A stretch of DNA of 44,503 nucleotides, from NCBI GenBank assembly GCA_002256025.1, contig NKIB01014352.1:1-44503 (forward strand). Reading direction: 5' to 3'. Positions 8,956 to 20,633 of the stretch are shown here, one piece after another; position 1 is the first letter of the stretch, and every line of letters starts with the position of its first letter. A model generated the notes under the pieces. That model was not told the DNA's origin, did no database searches, and saw only the letters and a program-made list of their open reading frames with translations. The DNA is from Asterionella formosa. Its lineage: Eukaryota. The position numbers and the translations under genes were made by a program.

Positions 8956-10500
8956 CGAAGTTACTTCGACTCCATTACCGACTTGTTTGACTGCCTTTTC
9001 CTGCAAATATTTCTCTCGCTTCTCCTTGATAGTTATTCTTTAGAAGCGCAGTTGGGGTTTTTGATTTCGGTTCTATGTGGTATGATTCATTTCCCCACTT
9101 CCAGGTCCCCGTAGCTGCAGTCGAGTTTGCACTTTAGCCATGGGTGGGACATAGGGAGGGTGAATTTTATTTATCGACTATAAATGTTGTTTGCACGGCT
9201 TGGATTCAACGATGTTGCTTTGCTGAAAGCTGATTCGAAGAATTGTGAGCTTTCAGCCTTGAAACCCTTACATGATGGTTGTTTGTTGGCTGATTGACTC
9301 TTCCATGACCTTGCTTCTCTTGCGTGGTTTACTGTCATTCACTAGCCATTGAACCTCATCTTCATTTTTTGGCTAGACAGAATTAGCTCCCGTGGTTGCT
9401 AGCTCGGCCTCCACCTCAAATTTCGCTTGCTCCTAGTTTGTTTGTTGTTCCCTTGGTTTCAATGCGCGCTTTGTGCATGCACATCCTCCTGTTTCCCTTG
9501 TCTATAATACTATCAAAGTTACTTCGACTCAATTACCGACTTGTTCGACTGCTTTTTACTGCAAATATTTCTCTTGCTTCTCAATAGTTAGCTAATCTTT
9601 AGACGCGTAGTTGTGTGTTTTGATTTCGGTTCTATGTAGTACTATGATTCATTTCCCCCTCCGGTTCCCCGTAGCTGCAGTCGAGTTTGCACTTTAGCCG
9701 GCCATTGTCATCTTATGGCTTGTCCCCTTGTGGGAGGCGAGCCATGGCGTGTGCTTCCCGTCCTGCCATTGTCGAGTTAGAAGTGAACGCATGACTGTGG
9801 TGTCCCTTGGGGTTCTCGGGTGGATGGAAAAAAGTGGGGGTGGTTATCATTTTTTGACTCACTGACTTGGTAAATTCGGCGACTTGTTTGTGCACATATG
9901 TGAGAAATGCATCCGACTTCCACTGGTGGCCGATGAGCATTACCATGTAGTTTGAGACGCCGGAGAGGATCATCGCCATTACGGCGGCGCTGTGGATCAA
10001 AATGGAGGCCTACGGCTTCTGGGTCATGTCCAAGGTGTGCCGCTCCCAAATCTTGGGCTTGTTGGCAAAGCCGACCAAGGGCTGTGGCTGCCGCGGTAAG
10101 TGTGTAGAGTGTGTCATTGGATGTTTATGTGTTGAGTACAGTGTGTGGGCCTGTCCCGGGGAGATCCCAGAGACGGTTGATGATTAGTGCTCCTTGTTTG
10201 ACAGGGCACATGATGGGGTTGTTTGTGTGGCTGAGAGTGATGGTCTCGTCCTTCTCCCCGTTTTTTTGATCGCAAAACATGATGCAGATAATGTCGGCTT
10301 GATGGAGCTACTAGTGCCGATTCCCAGTGATGTCTTGGTGTGCCTGGAAGAACTTCAAATCATGCACCCTGAGTCGTTTTGTGCGTCGTTCGCTTTTGAT
10401 GGTGAGGTATTCACATGACCGCATCGCGAAGAAGAACGCGATAATCAGTACTAGCGGACCCAATGTGCGATCGACAGGTGTAGAGGGCGGTGTGAGCATC
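8956..10500 (-). mobile_element. Tyrosine-recombinase retrotransposon (Ngaro/PAT-like) copy 2, 5'-truncated
   Basis: YR pseudogene 9713-10500, then B1 (9514-9700), A-like (9140-9513) and B2 (8956-9139). Confidence 0.88.
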
Positions 10501-10502
10501 AA
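9713..10502 (-). pseudogene. Tyrosine recombinase (DIRS-order), degenerate
   Basis: Box I AFFFAMRSCEY, then QKNGEKDETI, CPVK, and box II HS..AMA.......MLIGHQWKSDAFLTYVHKQV with the catalytic Tyr; contains stops and frameshifts. Confidence 0.88.
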
Positions 10503-11101
10503 TTTTTTTTTAATTCATTGTTATGTAGAGCTTGTTGGTGTTTAACGGCTGGATCTTGCCAACGAGACACCTCGAATTGGATTGTCTTCTCGGGTCCTTG
10601 AAATCTGGCGCCTCCCTGATGAAGCCAGTAGTCTGACGTGGAGCTGTCGAGGATCCATTACACTTTTTGCATAATGAGTTAGTCTGGGGAACTCGGTATT
10701 ACTTTTTTGACTAAATTTGTAGCAAATCAATATTAATTTCTATCAATGATAGAAACTTTTCCTAACTAAATTTCAATGACTCTTTTTACTTTGTAACATG
10801 AAAATCGAAAAATAATTTAAAAATTTGTACTTCTGTACATTTTGTCAAGATATCGGATGCATAATGTCTCAGATGTACTTAGGTTTTCGACATGGAACAC
10901 AGCATACATACAACAGACCTCGTATAAACTTTGTAGATTCTGTATGTATAGCATTAAATATTATCTGCTTGGCATGCATAATACTGGGTACCAGGTACCT
11001 GGTACCACCAGGCAGCACTTCCATGTGTGTTTGTACAGCTGCCTGTGGTATGGGGTCGATGAGACAGCAACTCTATCTTGACCATGACGAAATTATGGGT
11101 T

Positions 11102-11524
11102 TGAATATCTTCACGAATATTGACAATGAACAATTCCTATTTCGCACGTGTATGTAGACTAACATAGACGAGATTATCGTTCAATAATAAAATTTTATGC
11201 ACTAGTATTGACAACAAAAAGTTGAAATCGGCGCTGAAAGTTGTTTTTGGTCGTCATTTGCTCAGTTTTGAAGATATGACCAAAAACGCGACAGTGTTGA
11301 GTCCGCGGTAATTAGCTTGATAACTTTGACTAGATAAAGTTTTCTATGTTTTGTAGAAATAGATGAGAAAACTTGAGCGACAGTATTCTCGGAGAGGGTA
11401 CAACATTTCAAGATGAAACAAAATCATCTCCTTGAATTTTATAGTGAGTTTCATGTACACACTAATTGTAGTGGTCCATATTTCTATGGAATCTTGATAA
11501 GGTCATTTGACAGTTTACTATAGA
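11102..11524 (+). repeat. ~430-bp dispersed repeat, copy B
   Basis: Diverged direct repeat of 8371-8805. Confidence 0.85.
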
Positions 11525-11799
11525 CATACTTTCAGCCATTCAACAATGCATTGCTTGTTCTTTACGCGAATAAAAACTTCGTATTGCGGAAATGATCACG
11601 AACTCCCCTGACTGACGGTTTATGCATTTTCTGAAACTTTTATGCAAAAAATGTATTCTTTCGCTGTCGAGCTGGGAGAGCATGCAGGCTTCGGGTTGGA
11701 GGAGATTTGCCTCAGCCTCAATGGTGATTGTTACTCCCTCTGTCTAGTTGTTGATTAAAGTGAGCAAACACATGATGTGCCTTTAGCCATGCAAATACC

Positions 11800-12573
11800 T
11801 TGTCCTACTTTAAAAGGTGTTTGACCGATATTGCCTTATCGGATTGTTTGAATGTGGAAGTACACCAAGAAGATCAATCCTATGATAGTTTCGATGAAGC
11901 GACGATGGTTTTATGGCTAGATGATCATTTACCAAACAAGAGTTTTCAATGTCAATGACAATGGATGCTACATTACTTATCTAAACCCTTTTCCATGTTG
12001 GTAATGGATTTTGGAGCTCGCATTAAAACTTTGAACAGGCTAATTCAACTAATGCCTCATCCAGAAGATTAAAACCGATTTTCAAAAGAAGATATGCGAA
12101 TTATTATCATCCGTTCTATGCCTAATGAGTGGCAACAAGAGTTGGAATTGAATCATGCCAAGACTTCAGACCAATCAATTCGCTCAGTTCTCGCTTACTT
12201 CGAGAGTCAACAATTGTTTAAAGACCAAAACAAGCAACTTCCCAAGAACAATTTTCAAACAATCACGCAAAATCGTCGTTGTATTGCTGAAGGCAATCGT
12301 GTGATGTGTCAAGAAAACGAGCGTGTCAGTTGTCAATTCTACAACGATAATTTTACTCCAAGTGGTCATGGAAGAGCGCGTGCTATTGTCAACACAGCTG
12401 GTCGCGCATGGGATCGTCAAGCAACTGTTTGTCATAAAGCTCTACAATGTACCATGATTATCGTGGGCAGCCCTTACCCAGTACATACTTGGGGCAATTG
12501 TTTTCAGAATCCTAGTACATACCGTAATATACTGGCTTTTGGAATCTTACGGGCACCTGGTACTATCTTGTAA
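11800..12573 (+). pseudogene. Degenerate gag-like relic of an LTR retrotransposon (Ty3/gypsy-type, inferred)
   Basis: SKPFSMLVMDFGARIKTLNRLIQLMP..(stop)..DMRIIIIRSMPNEWQQEL..VLAYFE..HTWGNCFQNP resembles stramenopile gag capsid plus knuckle motifs. No pol or LTR seen. Confidence 0.55.
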
Positions 12574-13520
12574 CATGGCTGGTAACTAAGATTTTGGGTG
12601 GGACCTAGAATATAGCATATATAACAAGCAAGGCTGCTGGCTAAGATTGTTTTGGTATTTATTGATTTAGCTAATAAGCTTCAAGTCAACTCTCGAAATT
12701 ATGACTATCAGTACCATATACTTCATTGTCCTGGACCCCCCAATGTACACTGCCGTGACTGAATTTGACTGATTTTACTAAAGAGGGGTCCAGGACAATG
12801 AAGAGATTTCCTTAATACTGGACCTAAGTAAATTCTTTCATTAGCTAGTTATACAGGATAGCGCACATTTTTCTAAGATATATTAATATGACAATTATTT
12901 CCGTGTTGTGAAAATTGAGAGAGTTCTTCACCTCGCAAGAAAAACACGACTTCATATTGTTATCGGCGATCTCAATTTTCGTTGTCATTATTAGTGTTAT
13001 TACTTAAATTCTTTTACAATTTTATTTTACATGTCGTTCTTAATACAGGTAGCAAGTAGCAAAGCGTCATTCTCAATTTTCGTGGAGATGATTTGTATTT
13101 TCGTCATGGTCAAGAGTGCAACAACATCATGAAGGATTCTCCTTATGCTCACAGCCACTACCTGTCTTCTCTTGTGTTTTGTATGTACAAATGAATCGCA
13201 ACAATGATAGCTAAATAATTATATACTAGTGCCTACAAGGACCGAAAGAATTATAGCACATTACATTGCCTATGACAAGAAAATTATTGGGTGTTTGGTT
13301 CCACCTCGAGAAAAAATGTACAGGAAGGTCCGGTAATCAGCAAATTGCGCTCACTATATACTAAAAATTCCACATAGCGGTTTCAACTTACTTCATTGGA
13401 CATCTGACCGACTCACCAATTCCGAAATGATGAAAAATCTCAAAATATTTCCATGTATTTATATTACCTGTAACCGTTATAAAGTTTCAAACGGAAAAGC
13501 GCTGCCACCTTTCACAGCAG

Positions 13521-13700
13521 AATCGCTGACTACCAACTTCAACTTGCTGACTGCGGACTTCTTGTTGCTAACTGCTGACTTGATTTGCTGAAAATTTGAA
13601 ATATTCGCTTACTGCTGACTTCATTCACTGATTGCTGACTTCATTTGCTGACTACCAGCACTGACATGCAGTTGCTGACTACTAACTTCAACATGCTGAC
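13521..13700 (+). repeat. Array of 20-21-bp units (consensus ~TTGCTGACTGCTGACTTnA), block 1
   Basis: Unit starts at 13525, 13546, 13567, 13587, 13607, 13627 and 13647. Confidence 0.9.
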
Positions 13701-13982
13701 GTCAAGCAAGCTACTTTGTCAAGAAGAAGAGACCAACTACCGGTGCCGCTGTACAAATCGTGTCTACTTTTCATATTTGAATAACGATGGAGATGCATCT
13801 TTTTGTTGCTGGGATACTAAAATCGATGCCTTCTATGTTCATACTATCGGGAGTAATGTAGACGTACCTGGTACTCTGTAAATGATAATAAACTGTGAAA
13901 TAGATATTGATGCCTAAGAAAAATCATTGCTATCTACTTCTTCATATTGCTACCACTATGTACCGGTATTAATTATCGTGAA

Positions 13983-14124
13983 AATGCGGACTTCAACCTG
14001 CTACCTACTGACTGCGGACTTCGTTTCGCTGACTGCTGACTTGATTTGCTGAAAATTTGAAAAAATCGCTGACTGCTGACTTCTTTTGCTGACTGCTGAC
14101 ATGAAATCGCTGACTGCTGACTTT
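13983..14124 (+). repeat. Array of 20-21-bp units, block 2
   Basis: Same units, including the shared variant gctgacttgatttgctgaaaatttgaaa. Confidence 0.9.
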
Positions 14125-15057
14125 AAGTTCATATTGACAATAAAACAACTAATGGCTTTAATGTCTATGTAAACAACTATTTAAAGAATAACGGAGTGAC
14201 GCAAAATTTAGGGGATCAGCAATTTTTGAAATTGTATCTCTGCCTTTTTCTTGTATGTGAATTGATGAACATAAAACAAGCAACCTGCATGCTATGTGTG
14301 TTGATTACCAGACCTTCCAGGGGGTCCAGCAACCATAGGGGGGGTCCAGGACAATGAAGTATACGGTACTAGAAAACATGTAAAATATATCTTGTATTAT
14401 ATAAAAGCGAAAGACTTTGTTTAGCAATATGAAAATCAGCAACCATAATTATTTTTTTGCCTTGAAAATGCTTCTAAATTAATAAATGACGGGAAGGAGA
14501 TTGCGACCTTTGGCTGTTAGAGAATTTCACATGCACCCATTGCCGCCCACGTATGGAATTCTTGCCCATCGTCAGTAGAAATTGGAGAAAAAAATGTTGT
14601 ATGTATGGGAATGGGAAATGTATTTGCACATTTATACCTCTTGCATGAGTGCATTGTACCTGGTACCTTCACATGCCGGCATGTTACATAGTGAACTCCT
14701 ACATATCGATGCATTTTTTGTGTTGACCAATGGGACGAACGCGTGTACCGGTATATGCCCTTTTGGGGTATAATTGAATGAATGCATCATACAAAAAAGT
14801 TTAGGTCATAAGTGGTCAGTATCTAGAGAATGACATTTTAGTACATTTATTGGTCGTAATGTCTTGAATGCCACTTGGTTGTGCCAACATACCGGTAGTG
14901 ATTGTTATTACATAAGATTTTACATAATATTTTCTCCAAGCAGAGGATGACTCTGTGACTGCAATTTTGCAAATGAGCGAATACCGGTACTGCTGTTAGT
15001 TAACACGATTAAGGCCCTGAGATCACCAAAACCAGAAACAAGAGGACGTAAAGCACG

Positions 15058-17180
15058 ATGTTGCGATCCCTTTTGATTACATTCGGTACACTCCTGTTGA
15101 GCTCAGCGGCTAAGCAGCAGCATACTCTGCGTGGCACCAATGTCGATGATCTCGCTGATGCTGTGATTCGCAAGATTTCCGGCCCAGATTCCTCCAAATT
15201 CGACGTTTCTGTTGTAAATGCTGATGAGCTATCGAAGGAACCTCTTCGCTCCCTCAAGACTGATTGGGTAAAGCCTTCCTGGTGGAAACGTTACCGTCTG
15301 AAATTCGGAAAGCAGAAGCTTAAGAAGTGCCTGTTCTTGGATTATGGGCAGATCCCCGTCAATGGCACCTCTTGCCCAGCCCAATCTGCAGACTATATGT
15401 GCTTGTTTGGCGAGAAAGAGTGTTGTGACGACAAAGGTCAGATACAGACCCATCCCGAAACCAAATGCAGTTGCGCTAAGGAAAAACCAACTTGGGTGTG
15501 CAGAAGTGCCGATGTTGTCTGTCATTCATGCCCAGCCAAAGATCATAGCAAGCCAGTCACTGTGGATTCAACTTGCCCTGCTGCAATGCCCAAGCCTGGA
15601 GTTGACAAGTGTTCCGCCGGGCAAAAGTGTGCCTACGGTAAAATGTAAGTCCAATACTGCATGCTTCATCACTCGGACAGTAGACCATGGCGTCTAACAC
15701 TTTACCTAATCGTTCCAGTGAATGCTGTGGAAACGTCATGGATGAAACTACTTGCACCTGTGATGACACTGGCGTCTTTCAGTGTGCCACTATTGCTATC
15801 TACTGTGCATCACCGTGCCCAAACGCAAGCGTCCCACCAAATACGGGTACCAGCACCAACCCTCCTATTGATCTACCTTTTCTTTCTCCCATCAAACCAG
15901 ACCCCACTTGTCCTGCAGATGCGCCAGCGTTTGGAGACTCATGCGATGTCAATGACCAAAAATGTGAATACGGCAATGGAGCATGTTGCTGTGGAAGTTG
16001 CATGCCCGATAACCATTGCTACTGTAACAGTGGAAAATGGGAGTGTGCGAAGTTGGCCGTCGACTGTCTACCTTGCGAGAGCCCTCCTGGTGGAACAATT
16101 GAGCCGGCTACAGACTGCCCCGCAGATCCTCCCCTTTTCGGTTCTGCGTGCAACCTAACAACGGGCGTCAGCGTCTGCGAGTATGGAAAGGGTTGTTGTT
16201 GCGAGACTTGCTTTACTACAGAGCATTGTTTCTGTGACAACGGTCAATTTTCGTGCGCAAAACTCGCTTATGACTGTCTTCCAGGCCCATGTCTGACAGA
16301 CTTGGGCTGTCCTGCGGAAGCTGATGGGCGTCCGAAAGAAGGGGACAAATGCTCTCAAGATTATGCATGTGGATCTGTCGAGGGCTGCTGTAATAGTGGC
16401 AAGACGGATGCATATACTTGCACTTGTGGGACAGATGGCAGATATCAGTCATGCGTCAGTTATTCGTTGCCATTTGGAGTCATGTGCTCGTGCGCTTTTC
16501 CAAGGGATCCTGTTCTAGATACACCCACAGTCATCGAACTTGCTCCTAATGTTACTATCGTGGCTGATCCAATGATCGAACCTTCTTTTAATGTTACCGC
16601 TGTTGACCCCCTATGTCCAACTGACGAGCCTGCGCCAGGAGACAAATGCCAAGGTGATCTAAGTTGCACATTCGGTACAGAAACCTGCTGTGGTGTCACT
16701 CATCCTAACAAGCGGTGCATCTGCTTCGGTACAGTATGGGCATGCATGTTTACCGAAGCTTGCATGAATCCAAATTGTGGGGGTGGTCAGATCCCGGGTC
16801 TTGACCCTGGTGATCCCCTGCAACCTATCTCTATTGTGGCTGAACCATTTATCGCGGTTGACCCCCTGCCATCTGACTCTGTCGACCCTGCTCCTAATTT
16901 TACCACTGTTGACCCTTTATGTCCAACTGACGAGCCTGCGCCAGGAGACAAATGCCAAGGTGATCTAAGTTGCACATTCGGTACAGAAACCTGCTGTGGT
17001 GTCACTCATCCTAAGAAGCGATGCAGCTGCTGGGGTACAGTATGGGCATGCATGTTTACCGACGCTTGCATGCATGTAAGTTGCGGGGGTGGTCAGATCC
17101 CGGGTCTTGCCCCTGGTGATCCTCTGCAACCTGTTTCTAATATGGTTGATCCAAAGATTGCCGTTAACATGACAAACTAA
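15058..17180 (+). CDS. Secreted cysteine-rich modular repeat protein (~682 aa; intron 15645-15718)
   Basis: Signal peptide. A GTAAGT..CTAAC..CAG intron joins the two ORFs in frame to give CAYGKIECCG, matching the spacing of CTFGTETCCG. About seven CP...P..G..C.....C.(Y/F)G...CC....C.C..G.(W/F).C modules with Pro/Asp-rich linkers. Confidence 0.85.
16590..17135 (+). repeat. Recent intragenic duplication, 306-bp (102 aa) period
   Basis: Near-identical ~235 bp at 16600-16830 and 16906-17135 (VDPLCPTDEPAPGDKCQGDLSCTFGTETCCGVTHP...). Confidence 0.95.
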
Positions 17181-17262
17181 TGAGCCCCTGCTCTAGGTGT
17201 CACCTGTCGAAGTGATGGTAAAGGCTGATTTTATGGCAAGGTGGCCTATCACCAGTCCTGAG

Positions 17263-17346
17263 AGGGGGGGGGGGGGGGGNNNNNNNNNCCCCCCGCCCCC
17301 CCCCCCCCCCCCCCGCCCCCCCCCCCCCCCCCCCCCCCCGCCCGCG

Positions 17347-17378
<32 letters not shown>
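17263..17378. other. Assembly gap (9 N, 17280-17288) flanked by poly-G / poly-C
   Basis: Seen directly; low-quality sequence. Confidence 0.9.
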
Positions 17379-17383
<5 letters not shown>

Positions 17384-17615
17384 GCATGGAATATGCTTCT
17401 CAACTGACGTTTCCCTGGTGCTCAATTGCTGGACGTCGAAGTCCCAGTTTTAGGGTTCGTGTATTACGAAATTATTCTAAACATTTACGTATTATTTATA
17501 TATTTTTTAACATATTCAAGATTACCAAATGAGAAATGCTTGGTCCATCTCAAACGATGCAGGACACAACACAATTTATGCCTTTACTTGAAATGTGTGT
17601 AGAACAAAGCAATGC

Positions 17616-19331
17616 TCAATCAGGGCTCCCTCCACTTGTTTTGATAAGATCCTCATATATCCCCTTGGCAGCACACTTGACACAATAACACTTTGGATGT
17701 TTCTTATGAGACGTTGGCGCCGAATATCGAGAAAAAAAAGAATCTTCGTCATCCAGGTCTACTTCTTGGTGACCCAACGTTGTCAAAACAAAGGTTTCGA
17801 ATTTTTGTGACAGGATTGTACTGAATGAGGGTTGACTGGATTCATTTTGGTTCGTTTTATTGACCTGACGTTTTCTACGGACGTTTTGTTCTTCGATAAA
17901 CTTCCTCTCTGAATTCACTTTTCGTTCGCCCTTGTCCTCAATGTCGACTTCGTCAAATGGATGCTCCTCCTCGTCCCCATGCCGCTTCCACATGGGAAAC
18001 TTGGGCAAACGTGGAATATCGTTGCATACAAATGCTGACATGGTAACATCGCTCTCTTCTGATCCTGACCAGCCCAACGTTTGACCCAGGCCACACCAAA
18101 GACTAGTTCGTTCAACGACAGTTGGTGATGGTGGTTCCGTGAGTTCACCATCAAGAGGAGGTTGCTCAACTTCAGACCAAAGTTTGTCGTCGTTTCTGGA
18201 AGTTCTTCGAGTATTTTTGGTATTTCGATTTTTCCAAGGATGCTTTGAAATTCCAAGTGGTTGTTCGTCACTCTCTTCTGAGAAGACTTGTGACAACCCT
18301 GCCGATGGGTGTGAGAAAGCAGCTCCCAATTGGTTCCGTCCCGTGTCAGAAAATTCTGTTTCATCATCGTCCCAATCTGTTGACGGCACATTTGTTTGAT
18401 CAAAGAATGAAGGTTCCACAAAGTCTGATTCATCATCATCGTCGTCAGACGCTTTGGATGGGGCATCTGTTTGGTATGCTTCAACATCAAATGCATCATC
18501 GTCCGTGTCACTGACAAAGGAATGGGACGGCATGAACACCAATTGTGCATAGTGGTGGTCAAAGGCAACTGAAACGGTGGAGTCATGTGGTTGAACTATT
18601 GACGAAAGTGACATGGATCGAGTCACTATACCATGCTCATTGACCTCAATTTCTTCCAAGTATCCTGCATCAACGGATTCCAAGGGAAAGTCAGCACCTT
18701 CTGTGGAGTACCCAGCACGAGTCGATCCTCCGTCATCCTGTTCTTGATTGCTCGTCGTTGGACTGGATAATGTTGGCATTGTCAAGTCTCGAAAGGCCGA
18801 TGTCGAGCGATTCCGATAAATGGCATAGAGGGCGTCAGGTGGATAGACAAACCAATCCGTGTCCTCAACAGGAGCCTCCTCGTCCTTCTTATCTGCTCGT
18901 AAAATCTTGCGAATTCCCTTGTTCATTCGCGATTTCCAGTGTGTCAATAGCGTACGCTGTCTTTTTTGGAACGTAGAAGTGGTGAGCTGCGATGACACTG
19001 TGGAGAGTGCATCGGGTGGACCCTCACGAGCCTCGGACAAGGATGTATTGGCAGTCGTGCAGAACAAATCCTTCTGGTCGGCGGAGAGTGTCACTGTTTC
19101 GGGCGATGTCGATTGCGACGATGTGGTGAGGATCTTGCGCCCTATGGCGCACTGAAGTAGATGGAGGAACCGCCGATGCTTGTGTTTCGCTTGCTTCGCC
19201 GGAGGTGCGTGCGCTGCATTTGCGTGGTCCATGAAGTAACTTAGATCGGAATGGGATCGACTGGGGTGCTGATACAACAAGTGAATACTGGATTCATCGT
19301 CACAATCCATACGAACGCTACGTGCCACCAT
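17616..19331 (-). CDS. Hypothetical acidic/disordered protein, 571 aa
   Basis: Long ATG-initiated ORF with Asp/Glu/Ser-rich tracts and a small C-terminal H..C.C..C motif; no recognised domain. Confidence 0.75.
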   Translation of the reverse strand: MVARSVRMDCDDESSIHLLYQHPSRSHSDLSYFMDHANAAHAPPAKQAKHKHRRFLHLLQCAIGRKILTTSSQSTSPETVTLSADQKDLFCTTANTSLSEAREGPPDALSTVSSQLTTSTFQKRQRTLLTHWKSRMNKGIRKILRADKKDEEAPVEDTDWFVYPPDALYAIYRNRSTSAFRDLTMPTLSSPTTSNQEQDDGGSTRAGYSTEGADFPLESVDAGYLEEIEVNEHGIVTRSMSLSSIVQPHDSTVSVAFDHHYAQLVFMPSHSFVSDTDDDAFDVEAYQTDAPSKASDDDDDESDFVEPSFFDQTNVPSTDWDDDETEFSDTGRNQLGAAFSHPSAGLSQVFSEESDEQPLGISKHPWKNRNTKNTRRTSRNDDKLWSEVEQPPLDGELTEPPSPTVVERTSLWCGLGQTLGWSGSEESDVTMSAFVCNDIPRLPKFPMWKRHGDEEEHPFDEVDIEDKGERKVNSERKFIEEQNVRRKRQVNKTNQNESSQPSFSTILSQKFETFVLTTLGHQEVDLDDEDSFFSRYSAPTSHKKHPKCYCVKCAAKGIYEDLIKTSGGSPD

Positions 19332-20633
19332 GATTCTGATCTAAACAAGCAATAATCTTAACAACTTGCAAATTGTGAGCAGAGCAATGTGCGAGACAAA
19401 CGAAACAGAGGCGCTTTTCTGACACCGTGCGATGCGACGAGCGAGAGTTTCAACAAGGAAATTGTGAGCGCCGGCGATAAATTGCCTCGCTCCTGGATTG
19501 CACATGCTTTCCCAAGACACACCATACTGATTGGTGGCATGCACGAAAGGCTGGTGGCAGTCTTGTCCGGAGAAGTGACACCTTGGCGACGGGACAAGCA
19601 TTTGCGTTTGTCAAGACTACAGAAAATGTTCTGGTTGGCTACTTGTCCGTTGCGGGACGGCTACCCTTTGTTTCGTGCCTATTTCACTGGCTCGTCTGTC
19701 CTTCAGTACTGCATTCACTATTAACACGGTGCTATCATTTGTGTCCTGTGTCACATTCAATGCATGCCCAAGGAGTTAGTTTCAAAATCTGGACAAAAAA
19801 GTACCGGGAATAGCTATACCACCGGTACCTAATCACAAGCGAGTTCCGGTAAAAGACGGTTTTTACTACTAGGGAAAGAAAGCTAAAATTCTCTTGTACG
19901 GCAACTTGCCAGATCCCTATGTACTAATTACGTGGTACATATACCTGCAAGTTGCCTTGTTTCATCGCTATCGTGTGGCAAAATCCACCCCACAAAATCA
20001 AGTGACATGATTGAAGCTATCATTTGAACCACAAGCAACTTGATAATTCCTACATAATGATACCTAGTCTATTGGTAGAGTCTAATAGTACCGAAGTCGA
20101 TAGGCCGGTACTCTAGTACGCATGTATTTTGATTTATGTATCAAACGAATAGCTAGCTATACACCTTGCTTCCACCCTTGCACTTTTATTTCGGTTTATC
20201 CAGGTATATTGTTGTCTGGTCTGCCACCTAATCACAATTCGCCATCTTTAGTGGTGTGAACTCTGGTTTTGAAAAGGGGAAATACTGAGATTCCCTGAAG
20301 TTGGACAAACTTCCATAGGACTCATGAAAAGTTCATCAAAGAAAACTGAAACACATGCCAAAATGAATTTTTTTGTTGTTGATTACTACTTGACAAGTTA
20401 CCTGTTGTAACGATCAAATTTCCCCCTTAATTAAGTAATCAATAGTCCCATGCACAATTGCTGTTTCTGTGGCATCATCCTTATGATAGGGATTGATTCA
20501 ACCATTTCCAATGGCAGCTCCAGCAAAAGTAATCTGAAGGGGAGATTCTTGGTCGCATACATGTGGTTTTGGTTGCACTAATGGCTGCTGGGTGAAATCT
20601 AGATGGCAAATGTTTCTTCTTAGTTCGGGCTTC

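Larger units (their letters stand above)
12714..14366 (+). mobile_element. Non-autonomous pogo-like element with 28-bp TIRs and TA TSD
   Basis: TA|CCATATACTTCATTGTCCTGGACCCCCC ... GGGGGGTCCAGGACAATGAAGTATACGG|TA (27/28 match). The first ~240 bp are homologous to the 5' end of copy 1, including the first ~13 transposase codons. Confidence 0.92.

Noticed and set aside
9713..10502. Phage integrase / prokaryotic HGT
   Set aside because: AFFFAMRSCEY-type motifs and the B1-A-B2 tail fit DIRS-order retroelements; no phage genes nearby.
8371..11524. LTR pair of a retrotransposon
   Set aside because: No TG..CA ends, PBS/PPT or TSD, and the interior is a separate YR element.
13521..14124. CRISPR-like array
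   Set aside because: Units are contiguous and degenerate with no unique spacers, there are no cas genes, and the context is eukaryotic.
17193..17403. Poly-Pro/poly-Gly ORFs and G-quadruplex or hairpin
   Set aside because: They span an N gap with homopolymer flanks and are probably sequencing or assembly noise.
3812..17458. Telomere-like TAGGGTT hits (3813, 7669, 7820, 17451)
   Set aside because: Isolated single units with no tandem array.
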